DNA of 32,000 nucleotides from Nostoc sp. DedQUE08 (GTDB lineage Bacteria; Cyanobacteriota; Cyanobacteriia; Cyanobacteriales; Nostocaceae): NCBI RefSeq assembly GCF_034530895.1, contig NZ_JAVRCD010000005.1, positions 27,908 to 59,907 of the forward strand, read 5' to 3'. Shown piece by piece: positions 24,040 to 32,000 of this stretch (position 1 is its first letter; each line of letters starts with the position of its first letter). The notes under the pieces were generated by a model. It saw only the letters and a program-made list of their open reading frames with translations, ran no database searches and was not told where the DNA came from. The position numbers and the translations under genes were made by a program.

Positions 24040-25209
24040 TTAATTTGTATTTGTCCCCAACAATTCCTCTATCGCTTGTCGCTCAACAGGGGTATGTGAT
24101 GGCGGTGTCTGACGGGCATCGGTAATCAGCCAGTCTAAAGCAGCAGCTTGAACATCGATCGCAGCGCCAGTTTTATCTACGCAATAACGTCCAAATACCA
24201 GCTTATCGACTAACCGGACTCCAGGGCCCAGGCGCGACCATTCAAAAATGACGCTGTTTTCCACTGTTGCGCCACTACATATCCAACAATTGGGGCCAAT
24301 CATGGCTGGGCCGACAATTTTAGCTCCGTCTTCGATTCTTGTCATCCCACCAATGTAAACTGGGCCTGTGATATCCACTTTGTCCCAATTTACGGCGACA
24401 TTTAAGCCAGTGTAAATACCAGGGGCGACTTCATGACCAGGAATTTGTACATTTTTGATTTCACCCAGCAGCACACCACGAATCGCCCGCCAATAGTCTG
24501 GAACTTTACCAATATCTACCCATTCAAAGTCCATAGGAATGGCGTAAAAGGGGGCTTTGATTTCTACCAATTTGGGAAACAATTGGCTACCAATGTCATA
24601 TTCAACATCAGAGGGAATATAGTTAAAAACCTCTGGCTCAAAAATGTAAATACCTGTGTTGATGTTGGTGCTGAGGGCTTCTTCAGTTGAAGGTTTTTCT
24701 TGGAAAGCTTTGACACGACCTTCTTCGTCAGTCACAACCACACCATAGCTAGAAACTTCTTCTTTGGGGACAGATTTAGTGATAATGGTAGCGATCGACC
24801 CTTTAGCTCTATGCCATTTAACCGCCGCAGTTAAATCCAAGTCAATTAAAGCATCACCACATAAAACTACAAAGGTATCATCAAAAAAGGGTGAGAAATC
24901 TTGGATGCGTCGCATCCCTCCAGCTGAACCTATCGCTTCGCCCACCAATTTACCGTCGTCATCAATTTTCCCTTCAAAGGAATAGGCAATTTGCACTCCA
25001 AACCGCTGACCATCACGGAAATAGTTTTCTATTTCCTCAGCCAAATGACTAACATTGACTAGAATCTGGTCAAATCCATGATGGCGTAACAGTTCTAGTA
25101 AAAACTCCATCACTGGCTTTTGCAGGATGGGCATCATCGGCTTGGGCATAGTGTACGTAATCGGACGCACGCGAGTACCCTTGCCAGCCGCGAGAATCAT
25201 CGCTTTCAT
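24040..25209 (-). CDS. NDP-sugar pyrophosphorylase (ManC-like / cyanobacterial CugP-type UDP-glucose pyrophosphorylase candidate)
   Basis: 389 aa. The N-terminus 'MKAMILAAGKGTRVRPIT' is a nucleotidyltransferase signature. The C-terminal part looks like a left-handed beta-helix. Size and layout fit the CugP group, but the sugar specificity is not readable from sequence. Confidence 0.85.
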   Translation of the reverse strand: MKAMILAAGKGTRVRPITYTMPKPMMPILQKPVMEFLLELLRHHGFDQILVNVSHLAEEIENYFRDGQRFGVQIAYSFEGKIDDDGKLVGEAIGSAGGMRRIQDFSPFFDDTFVVLCGDALIDLDLTAAVKWHRAKGSIATIITKSVPKEEVSSYGVVVTDEEGRVKAFQEKPSTEEALSTNINTGIYIFEPEVFNYIPSDVEYDIGSQLFPKLVEIKAPFYAIPMDFEWVDIGKVPDYWRAIRGVLLGEIKNVQIPGHEVAPGIYTGLNVAVNWDKVDITGPVYIGGMTRIEDGAKIVGPAMIGPNCWICSGATVENSVIFEWSRLGPGVRLVDKLVFGRYCVDKTGAAIDVQAAALDWLITDARQTPPSHTPVERQAIEELLGTNTN

Positions 25210-25746
25210 AAAAATTTATTCCTCAACCACAAGCCAGTTTACTTTCATCGAGTGATACTTTATCATCAGTTTTTATTTCTGCTCTAAGTCATCCCCCAGA
25301 ATAGGGATAACAGGAATTTAGTGGTTATTACAACCATTGATATACTTAGATGACAAGCGATCGCTTATCTTTTCAATTTACTCGGATTTTGCGGCTGAAT
25401 CAAAAATCTATGACAAAGGAAGCAGCTATGCTGGAGGCAGGAGGAAAACCCATAAATAAATTCCTATTTCTCTAACCAGGAAGTCTTAAATCTTGATGCC
25501 CGCACTTTTGATTTAAATTGTTTTGTCTCTTCATGCATAAATATAGGGCGCTGTTATCCGTGACAAAGCGAAAAGTCGGATCGTCGGTTCCGGCGCTCTG
25601 TTAGCAACACAAGAGCGTCACTTTTCACCAAAAAGCAACAATACAGCAGTTTACGAGTAGATGAGGTACAAAATGCAGGACTTACGCATCACATATAAAC
25701 AGTTTCTATCTCTGCCTCCTGCCTCCTGCCTCCACTTTTGACTTTC

Positions 25747-26580
25747 TTAGTTCATCGGGTTCTCAAAAGGTTTGCCGATATTAGCTGAATCTCTAATTAA
25801 GCGAATTTTAATTTCATGATAAAAATCCTCTTGAAATAGCTCTACCTTCGATTGAGCCGAGAGTAATAGTAGTGCCCAGAAAACGCTAACTAGGTTACTG
25901 TGTTTAGACTCGTGTCCAGACCCATTTTGGTTAAGAAGCTTTGTCTTAGTCCACAACTCTACAAGTTGTTCTAAATTCAACCAAGTTTGTTCTAAACTTA
26001 GCTCTTTTGCAGACAAATTCAACACCTGCTCCAGTTCCTTAGCGACTTCTGTCAGATTTTCTTGGTGAGCTAACTCCAGCGCCTCTCGCATACTTTGAAC
26101 GCTAGGTTGACGCCTGGGACGGATAGGTTTGCTGACTTTTTCTACCAGTTTTAGTTGGTTAGCCATAATCTGCAATTGCTCGATTAACTCTTGCAGAGTT
26201 ACCCGACGCTTTGGTGGTGGCATTGCCGCTGGACGACGACGCAATTGCCGTTCTAAGGGTAGACGATGACCCTGATGTAATACACCGTCCTCACCTTCCA
26301 GTAAGGCATCATCTTCTACACCATCTTGCGCATCTCCTACTGTTGACAATTGCATCAAGGTATTTGCCTTGAATAATACCAGCATTGATGCTGATAAAAA
26401 TGCCTGTCCAGATTGAGACAAGTCCGCTTCATAGCCTCTTGTTATTGCCCCCGGTGCCATCAGTTCTAAATAGCGGTCAATCACCTCGATCACTTGGACA
26501 TCCCAAGGATCAATTTCCCCCTGCTCGGCTTGGTAAATCAAAAATGTGATTGTTTCTAACAGCTCGGAAGCTTCCATCAA
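25747..26580 (-). CDS. scpA: Segregation and condensation protein A (kleisin)
   Basis: 'GEIDPWDVQVIEVIDRYLE', an acidic central linker and a C-terminal winged-helix-like region. The first codon is TTG (26580), followed immediately by ATG (26577). Confidence 0.8.
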   Translation of the reverse strand: MMEASELLETITFLIYQAEQGEIDPWDVQVIEVIDRYLELMAPGAITRGYEADLSQSGQAFLSASMLVLFKANTLMQLSTVGDAQDGVEDDALLEGEDGVLHQGHRLPLERQLRRRPAAMPPPKRRVTLQELIEQLQIMANQLKLVEKVSKPIRPRRQPSVQSMREALELAHQENLTEVAKELEQVLNLSAKELSLEQTWLNLEQLVELWTKTKLLNQNGSGHESKHSNLVSVFWALLLLSAQSKVELFQEDFYHEIKIRLIRDSANIGKPFENPMN

Positions 26581-26771
26581 CAGGTTCTAAGTTAATTAAT
26601 GAGAATCAAAAGAATGTAAATTCAAGACTAAATTAATTGACTATTGGCAAAGCGTATACTCTATACATTCGCTTGCGCTTCTTTTTTCAGAAATTGCCTG
26701 CTGGCAATATCCTCTAAAATTTGTAATCGATCACCATTGTGAATTGTGAGATTAGATTGTGCAACTTTTGA

Positions 26772-26924
26772 CCTTGGGCATTCGGCATTGGGCATGGGGC
26801 ATTGGGCATGGGGCATTGAGAAGAGACAAGGTAGACAAGGAAGAGGGGGGAGATAAGAAAAAGACTTGTTCAATAATTCCCCCTTGTCCCCTTGTCCCCT
26901 TGTCCCCCCTGCCCCCCTGCCCCC
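26772..26924. repeat. Composite STRR element: (GGGCATT/GGGCATG)n, hairpin core, then C-run arrays
   Basis: Same architecture as 20962-21105 and 28783-28945. It abuts the stop codon of the AI-2E permease gene. On that gene's sense strand the element starts with six G4-6 runs (26879-26924). Confidence 0.9.
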
Positions 26925-28019
26925 TTAATCAGGAGGCGAATCATGGGCAATAGTGACAGTTGAGACAAAATCACTCGGCTTGCCGCTTTTAATAGCATCG
27001 AAAGTGCCCTTAATAGTACCAGCAATTGGAACAGCAACAATTGTCCCTAACAAGCCAGCAATCTCAAATCCCATCAAAATAGCTACAAAAATCCAAATGG
27101 GATTGAGTCCGATAAAATTACCGAGTATCCTGGGAGCTAACAAGTTATCTTTAAGCTGCTGCATGAGAATTGCCGCGATCGCAACTTGAACTGCTAACCA
27201 CCAATTTTGCAGTAGTACTAAAATTGTCACCAGACCAATACCGAGAGACGCCCCAATAAAGGGAATGAGTTCTGAAATACCGATTAAAATGGCAAACAAC
27301 AGGGCAAAAGGCACCTTTATGACTAAGAAAATTGGTGTCAAGGTTAGCACCATGAACAATCCTAGTAACAGCTGGCCGAGGAAGAAGTTCTGAAAGTTTA
27401 AGCGCAAGGATGTGGTGAGGGGATCTCCAATGTTAGAGGGTAAAAGATTGATCAGACCATACCAGACGCGATCGCCATATAAAAGCATATAAAATGCAAG
27501 CACAATGACTAACACTAAGTCAACTAATCCAGAAAGTAGTGTTCCAGCAAATCCTACTGCACCAGAAGCTAGCTGTTGCACTACATTTTGAATGTTGGCA
27601 TTGATTTGACTACTCACAACCCTCAGATCGATTGGCAAACGTCGTTGCTTTGCCAACATCTCAAACTGCTCTAGGTTTGCTTGACTGGCGGTTAACCAAT
27701 CAGGGATCTTATTTAACAGTTGGATTGTTTGATCGACGATCAACGGTACTAGGGTAACGCCCAAAATCCCAAGCAGGGTTAATGTTGCCAGTAAAACTAC
27801 GATCACCGCCTGAGTGCGGGTGATCTGAGCACGTTCAAAGAACTTAACCGGGTAATTGAGCAGAAAAGCCAGAATCGCCGCAATACTCAAGACAGTAATG
27901 GGATGCTGGAAATAGCGAAAAAGCACAGACAGCAACCAGATATTAAGAGCGATAATCGGACCGCTCAGACCATAAATTAACAAGCGTTGAAGGGAGGCTG
28001 AACGGCGCATCTGACGCAA
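26925..28019 (-). CDS. AI-2E family (PerM/UPF0118) transporter
   Basis: 364-aa polytopic membrane protein with a typical C-terminal 'LIPFIGASLG...' segment. The start is TTG at 28019 or ATG at 28010. Confidence 0.85.
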   Translation of the reverse strand: MRQMRRSASLQRLLIYGLSGPIIALNIWLLSVLFRYFQHPITVLSIAAILAFLLNYPVKFFERAQITRTQAVIVVLLATLTLLGILGVTLVPLIVDQTIQLLNKIPDWLTASQANLEQFEMLAKQRRLPIDLRVVSSQINANIQNVVQQLASGAVGFAGTLLSGLVDLVLVIVLAFYMLLYGDRVWYGLINLLPSNIGDPLTTSLRLNFQNFFLGQLLLGLFMVLTLTPIFLVIKVPFALLFAILIGISELIPFIGASLGIGLVTILVLLQNWWLAVQVAIAAILMQQLKDNLLAPRILGNFIGLNPIWIFVAILMGFEIAGLLGTIVAVPIAGTIKGTFDAIKSGKPSDFVSTVTIAHDSPPD

Positions 28020-28137
28020 CCTATTTTAAATATTCCTTGAGAAAATTTGTAAAATTCTTGATGGCACTGATTATCATCATAGATATTTTTAACAAAGATA
28101 TATATAAGCGTATCTGATAGCAAGGAAACAAATCACA

Positions 28138-28782
28138 ATGGACAAAACTGTAGCTGGTCTTCGCAAAGACTACACCTTGGAAGGCTTGAGCGAACTCGAA
28201 GTAGAACTCAATCCTTTTATCCAATTTAAAAAATGGTTCGATCAGGCTCTAGCAGCACAACTCCCTGAACCTAATGCCATGACCATTGCCACAGCCACAC
28301 CAGACGGTAAGCCTTCAGCCAGAATGGTACTACTTAAGGATTTTGATGAACGGGGCTTTACCTTCTTTACTAACTACAACAGTCACAAAGGACAAGAATT
28401 AGCAGAAAACCCCCAAGCGGCTTTAGTCTTTTGGTGGGCAGAACTGGAACGTCAAGTCCGAATTTCGGGGTATGTGGAGAAAGTTTCCGAAACTGAGTCT
28501 GACCAATATTTTCACAGTCGCCCAGCTAACAGTCGCCTGGGTGCATGGGTATCTAATCAAAGCGAGGTCATAGAAAGTCGAGAAGTCTTAGAGCGACGCT
28601 TGCAGGAATTCCAAAGCAAATATGAAAATCAAGAGATTTTTCGACCGTCTCATTGGGGAGGCTTACGAGTTATCCCTACAGAAATTGAGTTTTGGCAAGG
28701 ACGCCCTAGCCGTCTGCACGATCGCTTGCTCTATAGCCGTTTAGATAATGGCACTTGGAAGATTGAGCGATTGTCACCGTGA
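28138..28782 (+). CDS. pdxH: Pyridoxamine 5'-phosphate oxidase
   Basis: 214 aa. '[10 protein letters not shown]', '[23 protein letters not shown]', 'FFTNYNS.KG.EL' and the C-terminal '[17 protein letters not shown]'. Confidence 0.95.
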   Translation: MDKTVAGLRKDYTLEGLSELEVELNPFIQFKKWFDQALAAQLPEPNAMTIATATPDGKPSARMVLLKDFDERGFTFFTNYNSHKGQELAENPQAALVFWWAELERQVRISGYVEKVSETESDQYFHSRPANSRLGAWVSNQSEVIESREVLERRLQEFQSKYENQEIFRPSHWGGLRVIPTEIEFWQGRPSRLHDRLLYSRLDNGTWKIERLSP

Positions 28783-28945
28783 AGGGGAGGCAGGGGGGCA
28801 GGGGGCAGAGGAGACAAGGGGACACGGGAGCGGGGGAGCAGGGGAGAAAGTTGCAGTAAGTTTTTCTCCTCTGCCCCTTTGCACCTCTGCCTCTTGTGCC
28901 CAATGCCCAATGCCCAATCCCCAATCCCCAATTCCCAATGCCCCG
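28783..28945. repeat. Composite STRR element: G-run array, conserved hairpin core, then (CCCAATG/CCCCAAT)n
   Basis: It fills the spacer between the convergent pdxH and azoR genes. Its core (28833-28877) is homologous to 21012-21057. Confidence 0.9.
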
Positions 28946-28952
28946 CATCACA

Positions 28953-29570
28953 TTACCACTGGGCGATCGCATCTTGAATTGCTGCCCTTGCTTCTGATAA
29001 CGATTGGGTACGGGCATCACCTTCATTCAGGCTATTAGCGTTAATAAATTGAATGTCTGTAATCCCAATAAAGCCGAAAATCGTCCGCAGGTAGGGTTCT
29101 TGGAAATCATAAGCAACGAAAGGAGATGTCGGGCTAAAGTCGCCGCCACGAGCGGTAATGATAACTGCCTTTTTACCCTCGACTAACCCTTTAAAACCTT
29201 GAGCATCTAAAGCAACAGTCCGGTTAATGCGAACGATTTGGTCGATGTAAGCCTTAAAAGTGGAAGGTATATTAAAGTTATACATTGGCACTCCAAAGAC
29301 GTAGCGATCGGCTGCCAAAAACTCATTAACCAGTTCGTCAGAAATCTTAAGTGCCTCAGTTAATTCTGGAGTATGGGTTTCTGGTGGTGAAAATGCCGCC
29401 GCAATCCAAGCTTCATCAACGTGAGGAACTGGGTAATGCCCTAAATCTCGATAGGCGATCGCATCTTCAGGATGCGCTGCTTTCCAAGCACTGACGAATT
29501 CCTTAGATAGTTCTCTGGAGTGCGATCGTTCACCACGGGGGCTGGAATCAATATGTAGAATGCTTACCAC
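28953..29570 (-). CDS. azoR: FMN-dependent NADH-azoreductase (AcpD/AzoR family)
   Basis: 205 aa. 'ILHIDSSPRGERSHSR', 'GVPMYNFNIPS.FK.YID' and 'KKAVIITARGG'. GTG start. Confidence 0.88.
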   Translation of the reverse strand: MVSILHIDSSPRGERSHSRELSKEFVSAWKAAHPEDAIAYRDLGHYPVPHVDEAWIAAAFSPPETHTPELTEALKISDELVNEFLAADRYVFGVPMYNFNIPSTFKAYIDQIVRINRTVALDAQGFKGLVEGKKAVIITARGGDFSPTSPFVAYDFQEPYLRTIFGFIGITDIQFINANSLNEGDARTQSLSEARAAIQDAIAQW

Positions 29571-29649
29571 AAATATCTCCTGATTAACTAGGATTTCTGC
29601 TTTTACTTTTTTTAAATCTTTATTTCAAAGCATTACATCAGATACTAAA

Positions 29650-29691
29650 AGTAACTAGTTACTAAAGTAAAGTAGTTACTTTATAGTAACT
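29650..29691. promoter_or_regulatory. Candidate HxlR operator: AGTAACT/AGTTACT inverted repeats
   Basis: A perfect 14-bp palindrome AGTAACTAGTTACT (29650-29663) plus AGTTACT-N4-AGTAACT (29674-29691). Both lie in the 132-bp divergent azoR/hxlR spacer. Confidence 0.5.
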
Positions 29692-29702
29692 ATTGGATAA
29701 TT

Positions 29703-30071
29703 TTGGCTAACTTATCGATGTCTGCTTCTACAAATCCTGATGCTTGCCCAATCAGTATTTTGATGTCCTTATTATCGGGCCCCTGGACAATGTACATACT
29801 ATGGGTGTTGTGTAATCGCGGGCCTACTCGTTTTGGTGCATTGAAGCGCCAAGTAGAAGGCATATCAACCAAAATGCTGACAGAAAGACTGAGGATGCTT
29901 GAGGCAGCAGAAATTATTTATCGCCAGTATGAACCAACTATCCCACCTCAAGTCACTTACGGTCTTACAGAACGCGGACAGGAACTCATTGAAATCCTTC
30001 ATCAACTCAATAGGCTTGCTGAACGTTGGTATGGCAGCGAACAACGAGAACATAGCAATAGTAATGTTTAA
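29703..30071 (+). CDS. HxlR-family winged-helix transcriptional regulator
   Basis: 'CPISILMSLLSGPWTMYILWVL..GPTRFGALKRQVEGISTKMLTERLRMLE...YGLTERG'. The ORF opens at a TTG (29703); the ATG at 29718 is plausible. It is divergent from azoR. Confidence 0.88.
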   Translation: MANLSMSASTNPDACPISILMSLLSGPWTMYILWVLCNRGPTRFGALKRQVEGISTKMLTERLRMLEAAEIIYRQYEPTIPPQVTYGLTERGQELIEILHQLNRLAERWYGSEQREHSNSNV

Positions 30072-30146
30072 GCTGAAATTACACAAGTTTTATCTCAAAC
30101 CTAAGTATTTTTAGGGCTATTGTCTAAGATATTTTAATTGTGGGCT

Positions 30147-30743
30147 TCAAGACAGTTCCATCCATACTGAAAGCTCTTCCATATCAAATAGAGGAAGTTT
30201 TTGAATACCAGCTTTTTCGAGGCTGTTGTCTTCCGTTCTTCCGCGCCAGATTACGCAGAGTACAAAGTCCACGATCGCTCCCTGATTACGCAGCGCTTCG
30301 GTACTTTTTACAACTTGACCACCTGTTGTAATCACGTCTTCAATGATACACAATTTTTTCCCTTGGATATCAATTCCTTCTGCTATTTTCTCAGTACCAT
30401 ATTCTTTTTTTGTCTTCCGAACAAAGACAACTGGTAATTCAACTTCTAATGAAATTGCTGTTGCTAAAGGAACTCCTCCTAATTCCAGTCCGGCTAAAAT
30501 TTCCGTGTTTGGTGGAATCTTTTTTACCATTTCTTTAGCTAACTGCTTCAGTAACAAAGGATTAGATTCAAACTGATATTTATCAAAGTAATGAGAAGAT
30601 ATCTGACCAGAACGTAACCGAAACTCGCCTTTCAAATAGGAAACACGAACAATTTCTTTGGCTAATTCGCTATGAATCATTTTTACAAAAAGCTGGGAAA
30701 AAGGTAAAAAAGCCGATGGAAAATGCATCGGCTTCGCTAACAA
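30147..30743 (-). CDS. pyrE: Orotate phosphoribosyltransferase
   Basis: 'GEFRLRSGQISSHYFD' and the PRPP-binding 'KKLCIIEDVITTGGQ'. The likely true start is the ATG at 30680 (MIHSELAKEI...), which gives about 178 aa. Confidence 0.9.
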   Translation of the reverse strand: MLAKPMHFPSAFLPFSQLFVKMIHSELAKEIVRVSYLKGEFRLRSGQISSHYFDKYQFESNPLLLKQLAKEMVKKIPPNTEILAGLELGGVPLATAISLEVELPVVFVRKTKKEYGTEKIAEGIDIQGKKLCIIEDVITTGGQVVKSTEALRNQGAIVDFVLCVIWRGRTEDNSLEKAGIQKLPLFDMEELSVWMELS

Positions 30744-30762
30744 TATTTAACAAATAAATAGT

Positions 30763-31665
30763 TTACTGTTCTTGGATGGCTGCTGCTTTAGGAAGAAACT
30801 GAATTCTGGGATCTGGCATGAAATTGTATCTCAAGTACAATCCTCCTGAGACAAACAGGATAATTAACAACCCACCGATACCAAGGGGACTAGGAAGCCA
30901 GAAAACAGCTTCTATGTGGTTTAGCTCACCAGGCTGGAGTTTCCACACTAATTGATTGCCATTTTTTTCTGGCTCAATTGCAGTTTCAGTTAGTTGAATA
31001 TTTTTGGCTCCCCAAGGAGTCTTCAAGCTAAATTCCAAATCGAGAATTGAACCAGCATTAGCTAGGACGTTACCTTTGCTAGCGATTAGAGAGAGCGATC
31101 GCAAATCCAAATCATAAATCAACCGATTTCGGACTAAAAGTAAAAAATTATTCTCCTCCAAGAGGACGTTTGATTCAATTTTCGGCAGTCCTGAGTCAGA
31201 TTCGCTCTGTACAGACTCAGAGGGTTGATTCGCACGGGAGTTAAAGAATTCGTTGAACTTCTCTTGCAATTCCCTACCACTGCTAAAAGGAATTGTGACG
31301 ATGATTTCTTCTGGGGAAACTCGCTGTGCTTTACCCTCAAGTTCACGGGCGCGGCGTTCTATGCTCTTTAACCACTCGTACACCGAATCGCCGCTAAAAC
31401 TGGTTAGCCGTTCTCCCAACTTAATATGCTGTACTAGTTCGCCACTATTTGAGTTGTCAAAGTTAAGTCCCACATCGTACTTCACACAGCCAGTCAGTAG
31501 GAGAGATGTTAACAGCACTAGCCAAAGAATAGGATTTCGGATGGGAAAGACGCGGTTTATTCGATTTCGGCCATTCACTCGTGAGGGCAATTTCATATTT
31601 GCCAACACAAAATTAAACGATCTGACTAACCACAAGAAAATCTTTCCGAAAATTGAAGAATTCAT
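30763..31665 (-). CDS. DUF3153-like cyanobacterial lipoprotein with a C-terminal TM anchor
   Basis: Lipobox 'LLLTGCVKYD', then 'VGLNFDNSNSGELVQHIKL', then a C-terminal helix 'LGIGGLLIILFVSGGLYL'. The probable start is the ATG at 31596 (MKLPSRV...). The family assignment is from memory. Confidence 0.65.
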   Translation of the reverse strand: MNSSIFGKIFLWLVRSFNFVLANMKLPSRVNGRNRINRVFPIRNPILWLVLLTSLLLTGCVKYDVGLNFDNSNSGELVQHIKLGERLTSFSGDSVYEWLKSIERRARELEGKAQRVSPEEIIVTIPFSSGRELQEKFNEFFNSRANQPSESVQSESDSGLPKIESNVLLEENNFLLLVRNRLIYDLDLRSLSLIASKGNVLANAGSILDLEFSLKTPWGAKNIQLTETAIEPEKNGNQLVWKLQPGELNHIEAVFWLPSPLGIGGLLIILFVSGGLYLRYNFMPDPRIQFLPKAAAIQEQ

Positions 31666-31692
31666 AACTATAAATCTCCCCCAAAGTCAACA

Positions 31693-31840
31693 GATTTTGG
31701 ATTTTAAATTTTGGATTTTGGATTGACCCCACCGATAAGCGGATAAAGCTCAAAAATTTTAAATTTTGGATTTTGCTTCATGCCTCAACCCTTCTGGGTG
31801 AAGCATAAACCACAAGAATCTAAAATCCAAAATCCAAAAT
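31693..31840. repeat. STRR arrays (TTTTGGA)n ... (AATCCAA)n flanking a GCTTCA/TGAAGC hairpin
   Basis: 'gattttggattttaaattttggattttggatt' and 'atctaaaatccaaaatccaaaat' are mutually complementary. A central hairpin lies at 31775-31804. Confidence 0.85.
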
Positions 31841-31845
31841 TATTA

Positions 31846-32000
31846 TCAGCCAGGAGTTCCTGAAAAATTCAACCAAACCAAGTACGAGATGGTTAAACCA
31901 ATGGCAATTAGTGCCACCCAGATAAAGCGATTATCTCTGGTATTGACCTGACTGAGGTCAACGAATTCTGGCTCGGCAGGTTTTGGCTTTTGCTCCCCAG
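31846..32000 (-). CDS. 3' end of an unidentified gene truncated by the window edge (one predicted TM helix)
   Basis: The minus-strand frame is open from the window edge to a TGA at 31846-31848. It reads '...EQKPKPAEPEFVDLSQVNTRDNRFIWVALIAIGLTISYLVWLNFSGTPG*'. Confidence 0.35.
   Translation of the reverse strand, partial: GEQKPKPAEPEFVDLSQVNTRDNRFIWVALIAIGLTISYLVWLNFSGTPG

Overview
The window looks like chromosomal DNA of a filamentous, heterocyst-forming (Nostocales-type) cyanobacterium. The HIP1 octamer GCGATCGC is scattered through most of it, and almost every intergenic spacer holds tandem heptanucleotide (STRR-type) arrays. The housekeeping genes have typical cyanobacterial sequence.

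Gene order:
- 164-3591: three glycosyltransferase genes, the edge of a polysaccharide cluster.
- 3.6-10.4 kb: an AT-rich, HIP1-poor, STRR-free island of six orphan genes.
- 10.6-13.9 kb: a membrane protein, 1-Cys peroxiredoxin, Uma2 endonuclease and a DUF305 lipoprotein.
- 14.4-18.6 kb: a second accessory block.
- 19.4-32 kb: a conserved small protein, TerC, ndk, speA, an NDP-sugar pyrophosphorylase, scpA, an AI-2E permease, pdxH, azoR/hxlR, pyrE, a DUF3153-like lipoprotein and a partial ORF at the window edge.

I saw no rRNA, tRNA, CRISPR array, transposase or integrase.

Two loci merit a second look.
1. In the AT-rich island, a stand-alone CHAT (caspase-fold) protease with an intact His/Cys dyad and a death-fold-like C-terminal tail sits behind an unrecognisable 303-aa beta-rich protein. 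This pair converges on a three-gene operon encoding an 813-aa multidomain zincin-like protein and two small proteins. I cannot match this arrangement to any named defence system.
2. At 16029-18586, a small helical protein ends with a 25-residue Gly/Gln/Asn-rich motif that recurs (21 of 25 identical) at the N-terminus of the adjacent NB-ARC/TPR STAND NTPase. This is the Bell-effector / amyloid-signalling-motif / NLR architecture. The pair is bracketed by two unrelated tandem arrays that both have a 21-bp period.

All calls rest on motif recognition by eye. No database search or computation was run.
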